The notes under the pieces are model-generated. The model did no database searches. It saw only the letters and a list, made by a program, of their open reading frames with translations, and was not told the origin of the DNA. A stretch of DNA of 64,000 nt from positions 217,372,001 to 217,436,000 of the forward strand of contig NC_091288.1 in NCBI RefSeq assembly GCF_032444005.1, in the 5' to 3' direction. The stretch comes from Ranitomeya imitator (Eukaryota). The position numbers were made by a program, and so were the translations under genes. Below, piece after piece: positions 30,385 through 55,355 of the stretch. How positions within the stretch are numbered: position 1 is the first letter of the stretch; the number at the start of each line of letters is the position of its first letter.

Positions 30385-32650
30385 AGTGACAACTCCGAGC
30401 AGAGTAATGGAGGAGATGTGACCTGCAGTCCTATGTAACACCACAGATAACACAGTGATATCTCTCTGAGTACAGATAATGTAGGAGATGTCACCTGCAG
30501 TCCTATGTAACACCACAGATAACAGGGACAACTCCGAGCAGAGTAATGGAGGAGATGTGACCTGCAGTCCTATGTAACACCACAGATAACACAGTGATCA
30601 CTCTCTGAGTACAGATAATGTAGGAGATGTCACCTGCAGTCCTATGTAACACCACAGATAGCACAGTGATAACTCTCTGAGTACAGATAATGTAGTAGAT
30701 GTCACCTGCAGTCCTATGTAACACCACAGATAGCACACTGATAACTCTCTGAGTACAGATAATGTGGTAGATGTCACCTGCAGTCCTATGTAACACCACA
30801 GATAACACAGTGATAACTCTCTGAGTACAGATAATGTAGTAGATGTCACCTGCAGTCCTATGTAACAGCACAGATAACAGTGATCACTCTCTGAGAACAG
30901 ATAATGTAGTAGATGTCACCTGCAGTCCTATGTAACACCACAGATAACACAGTGATGACTCCCTGAGTACAGATAATGTAGGAGATGTCACCTGCAGTCC
31001 TATGTAACACCACAGATAACACAGTGATAAGTCTCTGAGTACAGATAATGTAGTAGATGTCACCTGCAGTCCTATGTAACACCACAGATAACACAGTGAT
31101 AACTCCCTGAGTACAGATAATGTAGTAGATGTCACCTGCAGTCCTATGTAACACCACAGATAACACAGTGATAACTCTCTGAGTACAGATAATGTAGTAG
31201 ATGTCACCTGCAGTCCTATGTAACACCACAGATAACACAGTGATAACTCTCTGAGTACAGATAATGCAGTAGATGTCACCTGCAGTCCTATGTAACACCA
31301 CAGATAACACAGTGATGACTCTCTGAGTACAGATAATGTAGATGTCACCTGCAGTCCTATGTAACACCACAGATAACACAGTGATCACTCTCTGAGTGCA
31401 GATAATGTAGTAGATGTCACCTGCAGTCCTATGTAACAGCACAGATAACAGTGATCACTCTCTGAGAACAGATAATGTAGTAGATGTCACCTGCAGTCCT
31501 ATGTAACACCACAGATAACAGTGATGACTCCCTGAGTACAGATAATGTAGGAGATGTCACCTGCAGTCCTATGTAACACCACAGATAACACAGTGATAAG
31601 TCTCTGAGTACAGATAATGTAGTAGATGTCACCTGCAGTCCTATGTAACACCACAGATAACACAGTGATAACTCCCTGAGTACAGATAATGTAGTAGATG
31701 TCACCTGCAGTCCTATGTAACACCACAGATAACACAGTGATAACTCTCTGAGTACAGATAATGTAGTAGATGTCACCTGCAGTCCTATGTAACACCACAG
31801 ATAACACAGTGATAACTCTCTGAGTACAGATAATGCAGTAGATGTCACCTGCAGTCCTATGTAACACCACAGATAACACAGTGATGACTCTCTGAGTACA
31901 GATAATGTAGATGTCACCTGCAGTCCTATGTAACACCACAGATAACACAGTGATCACTCTCTGAGTGCAGATAATGTAGTAGATGTCACCTGCAGTCCTA
32001 TGTAACACCACAGATCACACAGTGATGACTCTCTGAGTACAGATAATGTAGATGTCACCTGCAGTCCTATGTAACACCACAGATAACACAGTGATAACTC
32101 TCTGAGAACAGATAATGTAGTAGATGTCACCTGCAGTCCTATGTAACACCACAGATAACACAGTGAGAACTCTCTGAGTACAGATAATGTAGTAGATGTC
32201 ACCTGCAGTCCCATGTAACACCACAGATAACACAGTGATAACTCTCTGAGTACAGATAATGTAGTAGATGTCACCTGCAGTCCTATGTAACACCACAGAT
32301 AACACAGTGATAACTCTGAGTACAGATAATGTAGTAGATGTCACCTGCAGTCCTATGTAACACCACAGATAACACAGTGATCACTCTCTGAGTACAGATA
32401 ATGTAGTAGATGTCACCTGCAGTCCTATGTAACACCACAGATAACACAGTGATAACTCTCTGAGTACAGATAATGTAGTAGATGTCACCTGCAGTCCTAT
32501 GTAACACCACAGATAACACAGTGATAACTCTCTGAGTACAGATAATGTAGTAGATGTCACCTGCAGTCCTATGTAACACCACAGATAATACAGTGATAAC
32601 TCTCTGAGTACAGATAATGTAGTAGATGTCACCTGCAGTCCCATGTAACA
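30385..32650. repeat. 72-bp minisatellite between the divergent SULT A and SULT B promoters
   Basis: Unit GATGTCACCTGCAGTCCTATGTAACACCACAGATAACACAGTGATAACTCTCTGAGTACAGATAATGTAGTA, about 31 copies. Confidence 0.96.
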
Positions 32651-33708
32651 GATGACAAGCTCGGCTCTGCTACATCGGGGTAATACTGTGTCTCATTGGG
32701 TGTGTCCGGGACGTCGGGTCACGCCGTGGGTCCTACAGTGCCGCCGTCTCCAGCACATGATGGCCGCCCAGTGAACTGCATCTCTGCCCGTCACGGCTCC
32801 ACATCTCTGCTTACTGGGGGTAAATGGAAACAACCCGTCCGGACCCAAAACTTCTCACAGCTGAGGGTTTGGTACATTGTATTACAGGATGTCTCCTTCC
32901 TACACTGATACATTGTAACAAAACCATCAGCGATGGGCCCAGGACTGGTGTCAGACGGGCCGTCCTCTGCTTGCGGACAGTGAATAGAACCCACCTATAA
33001 CCCCCCTGTTCTCGCTTGTTTGTCTGCACTGATACATTGTATCAAACCATCAGCTGTGAACGTTGAGCCGCGATCTATGATCAGATCTGTGCGCAGAGGC
33101 GGCTGCGTCACAATGTGTCAGCGCTGATTGCACCACATGACTGATAGCAGCGGTACAATGTGCCCGCAGGACACACCCTGATATAGGGCCACAATGTATG
33201 GAATCCATAGCGCAAAGTCCGCCCAGGGCAAGCACGCAACATTAACCCTACACCGGCCACAGCCAGAGGTTTGGAGGCAGCTTTGGATGTAACTAGAGTA
33301 GATGGACATGACCGAGCTCCTATACTAAAGGGCTGCAACGTGGGGACCAAGGAAAGAGCAAAAGCTCCGGCCCGGCCACCCAAGGGTTAATGCTCTGCCC
33401 ATGTGAGGGAGGGCAGGGCACATGGTGGGCTCTTATACAAGGGGGCGGGACCGGGGGAGGAGCTACTGCTGGGCGAGGAGCCAATAAGAAGTAGGAAAGA
33501 ATTGGACAAAGGAGGAAAAAGGAAACGAAGAAGCAGGAAAAGCAGCGAAGACCGAAGAGGAAGGTGAGAGAAGACCCTGGGAAAGAGGGACAGCAGCCAA
33601 AAAGGGAGTGTGGCCGCTGGCCCTTTAAGAGACTTTATTACAAACTTATTTAAAGTGATATCGTCCCAAAAATGTCTGATGACTAAAATTAGTTTGTGTG
33701 ATTCCAGA

Positions 33709-45546
<11,838 letters not shown>

Positions 45547-45819
45547 GAGGAGCCAAAAACATCTTGTTATTTTGTAGGATGGTGGAAAAATTATCCACAA
45601 CTGTCTGTAGGATCTAGTTGATTACTGGGATAGTTGATTATAATACACTTCCCACTTATGGAGGCTCCTCCCCTCATCATGGCTCCTCCCCTTTGTATAT
45701 GTGTGGCGGTTGCCTTGCTGCTTTTACCTGTGTTTTTTGATCGTTGTGTCCTCGCAGTTCTCTGTGCACAGACTTTGTACTCGGCAGACAATCTGAACAA
45801 CCAAAGCTGCAGTGTAAAG

Positions 45820-46835
45820 TGGAGCGCCCCCAGACACAGGCCCGCGGGGTACTCGGTACCGGTGTTGTCACGGTGGCTAGACCCGGTCCGTGACCCTGCT
45901 AAGGGGCGTCCAATGAAAGGTGATGGTGCGTGGTGCAAGGTGCGAGGAATAACGAGGACGCAGGGTTGCAGTCTCTTTACCTTTTTACTGAAGGCTTCGG
46001 GGTCCGCAATCCAGAGCACGGCTAACAGGGCTGTCTGACACCGGCCGGTCCGAAGGCACATCCAGAGTTCCCCTTGCAGGTGGAAATCAGTGTCTACCTT
46101 CTAGTGCCTGTGTGTTGTAGTCCTTCCCTGCTGAGCACCACAGGATAGTCCTCACAATGGTCGTATTTGTTCTTTCTGTCTCCGTCCCCCAGGTATATCT
46201 GGCTAGGACGCACCCATATGACAGGTAGGCCTGGAGTTATTCTGGGACCCTAGAGATGCCCCTCTCCCACGATTGCCTCCTATGTCTGTTTAGGTGATTT
46301 AAGTCAGACAGCCAACCTGTAATTAACTGTCCTGCCGCTCTTTGAAGTAATGCGTGGAGTCTGTTACTTCCTCGGTGCTCCGGCCACCGGCTATGCGCCT
46401 CAGTAGGATGTTGCCGATCTCAGGGCACGACTCCTACTGGTTCTTTCTCCTTCGTACTATGATCCCGCTTCTCACTTCTCCACAATATACTTCGCTTTGT
46501 GTCCTTCCTTAGGATGCCGCCGCAAGGTAGTGCAGGCGCGGCTCCGTAACGATCTGTCCTTTCTGCTAGGTACCTGCCAGGTTCCCACTTTTGACAGGTC
46601 CTCTCTGGAGCTCTCCCAGGCTGCGTTCTGTCCTCACTTCCTATCCAACCCCCAGTTTCTCAAGTGTGAGGAGTGGCCTAATACATAGTGCCTTTTGCTC
46701 CCCCTGGTGGCCGGAGTGTGAAGTGTGACTGTGATACCTGGTCAGGTGAACTCCTTCAGTGCAATCAGACATAACATCACTCCCCTTAGTGGCAGAGCGA
46801 CATTACTGCAACGACCAGGACTCTGGGGCGCTGCA
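45820..46835 (-). repeat. 3' LTR of the Gypsy element
   Basis: About 1016-bp direct repeat of 56434-57452; G-run PPT at 46838-46858 on -. Confidence 0.93.
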
Positions 46836-49800
46836 CATCCCCCCCCCCCCCCCCCCCGGTTAAATCCAGTACTCCCGGACTGGGAAAAGAAGAACAACAA
46901 TACATGTTAATAGAAAACACACAACATTTTTTAAATACTATGAACAAGTAAATATAACAGTGCTTTCCGTTATGGAAGGTGAGAACGCTTGAACGTTGCA
47001 AAAGATTGGTCATGCACAGTTCATGACTCCCAGTTCAGTAGGTGCAACCATAGAACAGCAGGGACCGCGGGTAAACAAAGGGGCCCCTGTGAAAGTTTTG
47101 GAGTGATTCACTGTTCATCACACCATTGTCCATTTTTAACCTATAACACAAATATTTACACAAACATTTTCAACCAAATAGCAACTATCGTTAGTATCGC
47201 CAAGTTTTGTAGCGAAGTGGAGTCTGATTCTTGGTGCTACGCGTAGACCTCCGCAGCGCAGGGGTTGCTATTGGCCTGACGGGGCCCGCTACGCTTGCTA
47301 TCGCTGGTGTAGTGCACTGTCTTCTAGCTACACTTCTAGTGAGTCTGGGCAGCACTGGCATACTGGAGTTCTCCGAGCTGCCACTACTAATGGTGGGCAT
47401 GGCAGATTCACAGATAGCAGAGGGAGGGCCCGTTGGTTCGACTGTTGGCATTGCATCTTCTGGTGGGATCGACTGCGCTTTCGGGTCTGGATGCCCTGGC
47501 ACCACATTTAGTTCTGGCGGTTTCAGTTGACGAAACATTAAGACAGGCACCACAATGGCCTGATTTATTTGAGTCCAAGACCGGGGAAAATCGCCAAGAA
47601 CCGTGTGTATCATCTTCTCCTCTTCCACGGGCGGAGAAGTCCTGGGATCTGTTTCCCCATCTCTCAGCTTATCAGGGCATATATTAAGGTGGTCTCTGGA
47701 TATGGCCGTTGAGGTTTCCCCTCCATCTTTGCTGATGAGACAGACCTTCGTATTGTCGAAATCGGAGGGCAGAATGGTATACGGTTCCGCTTCCCATTGG
47801 TCATCAAGCTTGTGTAGTCTCCTCTTTCGTTTGAGTACCTGCTCACCAGGTGACAATGGAGCCGCGGAAGCATACTGGTTGTAGTCCCTCTCTTGTTTTT
47901 GTCTGGCTTGGGCGAGACTTCTTTCTACACATTCCTGTAATTTGCTGTACCTTTGCTGCCTCTCGGTATCCCAATCCGCATCTGGCGATATATCTTCGGG
48001 GGTCAGGACCCCCATGTCCAGATCGATGGGTAACTTGCTAGACCTTCCTCGCATCAGGTACGCTGGGGTGCAGTTGGTGGAATTCACCGGGATGTGGTTG
48101 TACATATCTACCAAGTCTTGTAACTTTGTGGGCCACAAGTTCCGCTCCTCTACAGGTAAGGTCTTCAGTAAGTCGATCACCACTTGGTTCATCTTCTCAC
48201 ACATCCCGTTGGTCTATGGATGATATGGCGTGGTTCTGATCTTCTTACACCCGTACAAATTGCAGAACTCCTGGAACACCTCCGCTTCAAATGCTGGTCC
48301 CTGATCGGTCAGCACCTTCTCCGGGTACCCATGGGGTCTACAGAAGTACTGCTGGAAGGTTTTGGCAGCCGTCCTAGCCGTTAGATCTTTGACCGGCACG
48401 ACTACCAGGAATCTGGAGTAGTGGTCCACAATGGTGAGAGCGTAGATATAACCTGACCGGCTAGATGTTGGCTTTACATGATCCAGCGCGACCAACTCGA
48501 GCGGCCGTTTGGTGATGATGGGCTGCAAGGAAGCCCGTTGGCTGTCACGATCCTTCCGGCGTAGGCTACAGGGGCCACACTCTCGACACCACTTCTCGAT
48601 GGCTTTCTTTATGCCGATCCAGTAGAACCTCCCACGGAGTAGCCTCTCCAGCTTCCTCCATCCGAAGTGTCCTGCCCCATCGTGGTACGCTCCCAGGACC
48701 ATTGGCACATCTTGTCTTGGGACCACAATCTGCCATACCAATTCATGAGTGTGGGGGTCGATGCTCCTTCGGCACAGCTTGCCATCGTGAATAAACAGTT
48801 TGCCCCTCTCCTTCCACAACTGTAATGACTCTGGTGGATCATGTGGGCCGGGATGCAAACCTGCCTGCGTCAGGAGCTCTTTCACCCGACAGACCGCAGG
48901 GTCACCATCCTGGTTCTCTGTCCACCCGTGATGGGGCAGGGGATTCAACGGGGCGCCCTGTTTATTTCTGCGCCTGTTCTCCACCTGATGTGACTGGGTT
49001 GCCTTGGGGCGATGTAAAGTGGGCAGCTCTACTTCTTCAAATGCTTCTGGATCTTCCCCCGTTTCGGGCAAGTGAGGCATTCGGGACAATGCATCGGCAT
49101 TCGCATTCTTGTGCCCCGCCCGGTACTTGATGGTGAAGTCGTAATTGGACAACCGGGCCATCCACCGCTGCTCCAAGGCACCGAGTTTTGCTGTGTCCAA
49201 GTGCGTTAGTGGATTATTATCCGTGAAGACGGTGAATTTTGCTGAGGCCAGGTAATGCTTGAACCTCTCCGTCACGGCCCAAACGATGGCGAGGAACTCC
49301 AGCTTAAAGGAACTGTAGTTGTCTGGGTTCCTTTCGGTGGGGCGAAGCTTCCTGCTGGCGTAAGCGATTACTCTTTCCTTTCCCTTCTGGACCTAGGACA
49401 GCACAGCTCCCAGCCCCACGTTGCTGGCATCCGTATACAATACAAACGGTTGGTCATATTCAGGGTAGGCTAGTACTTCTTCTCTCGTCAGTGCCGATTT
49501 TAAGCAGGTGAACGATCCTTCCAGTCCGTCGTTCCAATCAAACGGGGTATTCTTACCCTTGGGTTTCTTGGGTTGGCCCACCAGCAGGTCTTGCAATGGC
49601 GCGGCCTTCTTGGTGAAATCTTTGATAAACCTCCGGTAGTAGCCCACCAACCCGAGGAACTGCTGGACTTCATGGAGGTTACCGGGCTGCGGCCAGTCCT
49701 TGATCACCGTGACCTTGTCGGGGTCTGGGGCCACTCCTTCGGCACTCACCACATGGCCCAGGTACTGTACTTTGGGTTTTAGCAGATGGCATTTGGACGG

Positions 49801-50179
49801 TTTCACCTTTAAGCCAAAGTTGGACAGAGCTTCAAACACCTTGGCCAGGTGCTTCAAATGGTCTTCATAGGTCTTAGAGAAGACAATGACATCGTCCAGA
49901 TACAGCAGCACGGTCTCAAAGTTCTTGTGTCCCAAACAGCACTCCATCATCCTCTGGAACGTCCCCGGGGCGTTACACAATCCGAAGGGCATGTAGTTGA
50001 ACTCGCAGAGACCCATCGGCGTCGTGAAGGCCGTTTTTTCCTTGTCCGCCTCTGCCACGGGAACCTGCCAGTACCCACTGGTGAGATCTAAGGTAGAGAA
50101 GTATTTAGCAGACTTTAACGCAGCCAAGGACTCCTCTATCCTAGGCAGGGGGTATGCGTCCTTATGTGTAATGCGGTTT

Positions 50180-50237
50180 ACGATACGATACGATACAATA
50201 CGATACACTTTATTGATCCCGTGGGAAATTATGCCTA
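50180..50237 (-). mobile_element. ~58-bp extremely 5'-truncated LINE 3' end inserted in Gypsy RT
   Basis: AATTTCCCACGGGATCAATAAAGTG(TATCG)n tail on -; splits VDYRQL|NRITHKDAYPLP. Confidence 0.7.
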
Positions 50238-51072
50238 TAACTGCCTATAATCCACACACATCCTCATGGTGCCATCTTTCTTCCTAACGAGGACTAATGG
50301 AGCTGCCCAGGGGCTACAGCTGTCTCTCACTACCCCAGCCTCCTTCATCTCTCGCAACATGTCCTTGGCACACTGATAATGAGCTGGGGGTACAGGACGG
50401 TATCTTTCTTTTATGGGTGGGTGATCTCCTGTGGGGATGTGATGTTGAATCCCTTTTACCCGCCCGAAATCAAGGGAGTGCTTGCTGAATACCCGCTCAT
50501 ACTCGTGAACCACTCTGTAGGCCCCCTGTATCTGGTGAGATGGAGTAGAATCAGTGCCCACATGTAATTCCCGACACCAATCTTTCGATTGCCCTGCAGA
50601 GCCGTTGTTCTCCGCCGGATTGGACGGGACCAAGGGCCCGGGTGCCTGTATCACGCTATTATTAACAGTAAACAGCTTGGCAAGTGTGACATATTTGGTT
50701 AGGTGGACTTCTTCCTCCCCACAGTTAAGGACACGTACTGGCACCCTCCCCTTGCGGACGTCGACCACCCCTCTGGCTGTCAGGAGGGTAGGCCTATTCT
50801 CCGAATACACGGGTTCTACCAGGGCCTGATAGTCTTTACCCCCGAGGCCTATGGCTGCCCGACACCATATTAACATTTCACTCCTGGGGGGTATTGCAAT
50901 GGGGTTCGAATCACTCACTGTGACCCGGCCAATTTCACCACCAGTCAGCTCCACTTGCTGTCTCCGCATTAGGGCTCTGATTTCTTTCTGTAGGGCACGT
51001 TGTTCACTGTGACCAGCTGTCTCTGCTACTTGCTGCAACAAAACAATAACTTCTGCAAGACAATTTTCTATG

Positions 51073-51330
51073 CAGTAAATAGTAATAACGGTCCTAGGAA
51101 CGCTGGAAATGAGACCAAAACAAGGATTTTAGTGTTGTTTGTGGTTCAACACTAAAATCCTTGTTTTGGACTCATTTCCAGCGCTCCTAGGACCGTTATT
51201 ACTATTTACTGCATTTTGTATCCTCCTAGAAGGTTAACGGCTGGAGCTGCGGTGGACCTTTTGCTTTCAATTCTAACTGTGACCCTCACAGTGCTCCCTA
51301 GTGACCGCTTTCTTTTCCCTTGAATTTCAC
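51073..51330. mobile_element. 258-bp insertion with 15-bp TSD and a 143-nt foldback
   Basis: AGACAATTTTCTATG at 51058-51072 and 51331-51345; removal restores [16 protein letters not shown]; inverted arms 51071-51137 and 51147-51213. Confidence 0.85.
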
Positions 51331-51492
51331 AGACAATTTTCTATGACATTAGTACCGATGGTCATCATGGGGTTACATTCACGTTGGTCAATATCAACAA
51401 TGACAATTCCCTGGGCCTCCAATTCTACCCGCCCCACCTTAATAGTGACCTCTTTATACCCCACTTGCGGCAGCGGCTGACCGTTACTAGCT

Positions 51493-54400
51493 ATTATTAT
51501 TATTATTTATTGTTATAGCGCCATTTATTCCATGGCGCTTTACATGTGAGGAGGGGTATACATAATGAAAACAAGTACAATAATCTTAAACAATACAAGT
51601 CATAACTGGTACAGGAGGAATGAGGACCCTGCCCGCGAGGGCTCACAATCTACAAGGGATGGGTGAGAATACAGTAGGAGAGAGGACCCTGCCCGCGAAG
51701 GCTCACAATCTACAAGGGATGGGTGAGAATACAGGAGGAGAGAGTAGAGATGGTCATGCAGCGGTTTGGTCGATCGGTGGTAGCTGCAGGTTGTAGGCTT
51801 GTCTGAAGAGGTGGGTCTTCAGGTTCTTTTTGAAGGTTTCGATGGTAGGTGAGAGTCTGATGTGTTGTGGTAGAGGGTTCCAGAGTAGGGGTGATACGCG
51901 AGAGAAATCTTGTATACGATTGTGAGAAGAGGAGATAAGAGGGGAGTAGAGAAGGAGATCTTGTGAGGATCGGAGGTTGCGGGTAGGTAAGTACCGGGAG
52001 ACGAGGTCACAGATGTATGGAGGAGACAGGTTGTGGATGGCTTTGTACGTCATGGTTAGGGTTTTGTAGTGGAGTCTCTGGGCAATGGGGAGCCAGTGAA
52101 GGGATTGACAGAGGGGAGAGGCCGGGGAATAGCGGGGGGACAGGTGGATTAGTCGGGCAGCAGAGTTTAGAATAGATTGGAGGGGTGCGAGAGTGTTAGC
52201 GGGGAGGCCACAGAGCAGGAGGTTGCAGTAGTCAAGGCGAGAGATGATGAGGGCATGGACTAGGGTTTTTGCAGATTCATGGTTGAGGAATGAACGGATT
52301 CGTGAAATATTTTTGAGTTGCAGTCGGCAGGAAGTGGAAAGGGCTTGGATATGTGGTTTGAAGGAGAGATCAGCGTCAAGGATTACCCCGAGGCAGCGAG
52401 CTTGTGGGACTGGGGAGAGTGGGCAGCCATTTACTGTAATGGATAGGTTCGTTGGGGGGGTCGCCTGAGATGGGGGAAAGATGATGAATTCTGTTTTGTC
52501 CATGTTAAGTTTCAGAAATCTAGCGGAGAAGAAGGATGAAATAGTGGACAGACATTGAGGGATTCTGGTTAGTAGGGAGGTGATATCTGGTCCAGAGATG
52601 TAGATCTGTGTGTCGTCAGCATAGAGGTGATACTGAAAGCCATGAGATTCTATGAGCTGTCCCAGGCCAAAGGTGTAAATGGAGAAGAGCAAGGGCCCAA
52701 GGACTGAACCTTGTGGGACTCCGATAGATAGAGGGCGAGGTGAGGAGGTGGTGTGTGAGTGGGAGACGCTGAATGTCCGGTCTGTTAGGTATGATGAGAT
52801 CCAGGATAGGGCCAAGTCTGCGATGCCAAGGGATGAGAGGGTCTGTAATAATAGGGAATGGTCCACTGTGTCAAAGGCAGCCGACAGGTCGAGGAGGAGG
52901 AGGACAGAGTAGTGTCGCTTGCTCTTGGCGGTTAAGATGTCATTGGTGACTTTAGTTAGGGCAGTTTCGGTGGAATGGTGTGACCGGAAGCCAGATTGTA
53001 GGCGGTCAAAGAGGGAGCAGGAAGAGAGATGGGAGGACAGTTCAAGGTAGACGTGTTGCTCCAGTAGTTTGGAGGCATAGGGGAGAAGTGATATAGGGCG
53101 ATAGCTAGATACAGAGGATGGGTCAAGAGAGGGCTTTTTGAGGATAGGTGTGATTGAGGCATGTTTAAAGCTTGAGGGGAAAACACCAGTTGTTAGAGAT
53201 AAGTTGAAGAGATGGGTTAGGGTTGGGATGAAGATTGTGGTGAGGTTTGGGATGAGGTGGGATGGGAGCGGGTCAAGTGCACAGGTGGTGAGATGTGATC
53301 TTGAGAGTAGAGTGGAGAGTTGATCTTCTGTAATGGTGGAGAAGTTGGTTTTGGAGGTGGAGGGCTGGGAAATCGGGAGGAAGGGCTCTGGGGGTTGTTG
53401 ACCAAAACTGTCTCTAATGCTATCAATCTTCTGCTTGAAAAATGAGGCAAAGTCTTCAGCAGAGATAAGTGGGGAGGGAGGAGGTGCTGGGGGACGGAGG
53501 AGAGAATTGAAGGTGTTGAATAACTGTTTAGGGTTGTGAGAGAGGGAGGATATGAGAGATGAGAAGTAGGTTTGTTTAGCTGTGGCAAGTGTGGTCTTGA
53601 AAGTAGTGAGGGACTGTTTGAATGCGATGAAGTGCTCGTTAGAGTGGGATCTTTTCCATCTGCGCTCAGCAGCCCTGGAAGCTCGCCTAAGTTCTTTGGT
53701 CAGGCTGGTGTGCCAGGGCTGTCTGTTGATTTTGCGAGCTTTGGTATGTGTAAGTGGGGCAGCAGATTCCAAAGCTACAGCTATTGTGGTATTATATAGA
53801 GCAGCAGCGTCATCCGCATTGTGTATGGAACTTATGCCTGTGAGGGGGAGGAGGGATTCAGATAATGAATGTAGGTCAAGATGTTTAATATTTCTGCGAG
53901 GGTGTGAAAGTTTGTGGGGTGGGGATTGTAGACATGGAGTGGAGAGAGATGAGAATGTGAGAAAGTTGTGATCAGAGAGTGGAAGAGGTGAGTTAGAGAG
54001 GTTAGATAGGGAGCAGAGGCGGGTGAAGATGGGGTCCAGTGTGTGACCGTCTTTGTGAGTGGCTGCAGAAGACCATTGAGTGAGGCCGAAGGAGGAAGTG
54101 AGAGTTAGAAGTTTAGTGGCAGCTGAGAGGGAAGTGTCAATGGGTATGTTGAAGTCGCCCATGATGATAGTGGGGATGTCCGCAGAAAGGAAATGAAGTA
54201 GCCAGGTGGTGAAGTGCTCAAAGAAGATGGTGGCTGGCCCTGGGGGGCGGTAAATGACAGCCAGTTGGAGGTTGGTGGGGGAGTAGATGCGCACAGAGTG
54301 CACCTCAAAGGAAGGGAGGGTAACAGAGGGTGGCAGTGGGATTGGGGTGAAGGAGCAGTTATCTGACAGGAGAAAACCAACTCCTCCGCCATGTTTGCTG

Positions 54401-55355
54401 CTGGGGCGGGGTGTGTGGGAAAGTGGAAGCCACCGTAAGAGAGTGCAGCAGGGGAGACTGAGTCAGAGGGGGTGAGCCAGGTTTCGGTGATGGCGAGGAA
54501 GGAAAGTTTGGTAGTAACAAAGAGATCATGGATGTAGGAGAGCTTGTTGCAGACAGAGCGAGCGTTCCACAGAGCTCCCGTTAGTGGGACTGGGGAGGCG
54601 GGGGCTGGGTGAATGGGTATTAGGTTAGAGAGGTTACGGAAGTTTGTGCTAGAGCGTGGATGGGAGGTAGAAATGATTGTGGGAATATGGTGAGGAGGAC
54701 CAGGATTTGGAGAGATATCACCAGCAGTAAGAAGGAGCAGAGAAAGTGTTAGCAGGTGGGAGCAGGAGAGGGCATGAGGGGGCTGTCTGTGCTTGGAGAC
54801 AGAGGATTGTATGTTAAGGAACAGTTTGGAGGAGGAGGTGAGGTGGATGGGGAGGATTGAAGAGGAGATGAACAGTTCCTTACTTTGTGTAGGGATCAGG
54901 GGAGGTAGCAGAAAGTGAAGGATTATAGGGGTGAAAGTGAAAACAAACAGAAACATTCTTTTCAAAGACTGTGGCCAGTTCCAATTCAGGTTTTAATTCT
55001 ACTGTAATCCACACTTTTAAGGACACACTTCTAAGGGATCACACTGCAGACTGAAGTCCATGCAGACTTCTACTATGCAATATATGGCAAACTAAGTGCG
55101 TTCAGGTGTGAAGCAGAGAGGAGTGGTCTCTGCTCATCTTGGTCAGAGAATTAAGGGTGGACCAGATGCATACAATCAGGCCTGAGTAAACAAGGTCATA
55201 AATAACACAGGGTAAGCCGGGGTTAGCTGAAAAGCATACCATGAGAATGCTAGGAGCAGAGGAAAGTCTGTGTGGAAAGCTGGGTGATGTAATTATGTGC
55301 ACTTCATAGACAGACAGCGCAGGGGAGCAGGCTGGATAGACATACCATGAGAATG
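51493..55355 (-). mobile_element. Near-full-length L2-clade LINE nested in the Gypsy protease
   Basis: APE plus RT ORF2, (AAT)n tail at about 51493, duplicated ~62-bp 3'UTR segment; host reading DDDLT|...ASNGQPLP is split. Confidence 0.93.
51754..54956 (-). pseudogene. L2 ORF2 (2A-like peptide, APE endonuclease, reverse transcriptase) with one frameshift near 54420
   Basis: GDISPNPGP; ALWNARSV, LAITETWL, IMGDFN (APE); [39 protein letters not shown] (RT). Confidence 0.9.

Larger units (their letters stand above)
47191..51492 (-). pseudogene. Gypsy pol remainder (protease C-half, RT, RNase H, integrase), disrupted
   Basis: [56 protein letters not shown]...CRECGPC, LTIVDHYS, LTDQGPAFE; in-frame stop near 49395, frameshift near 48210, two small insertions. 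Confidence 0.92.

Noticed and set aside
33610-33708. N-terminal extension of SULT B (similarly 58762 and 28395-28478)
   Set aside because: Each extension crosses a good splice acceptor and is intronic read-through.
51073-51330. A second hammerhead in the foldback insertion
   Set aside because: No CUGANGA core on either strand.
54410-54430. Programmed frameshift in L2 ORF2
   Set aside because: A single-base loss in a short run, with no slippery heptamer or stimulator seen; mutation or consensus error is likelier.
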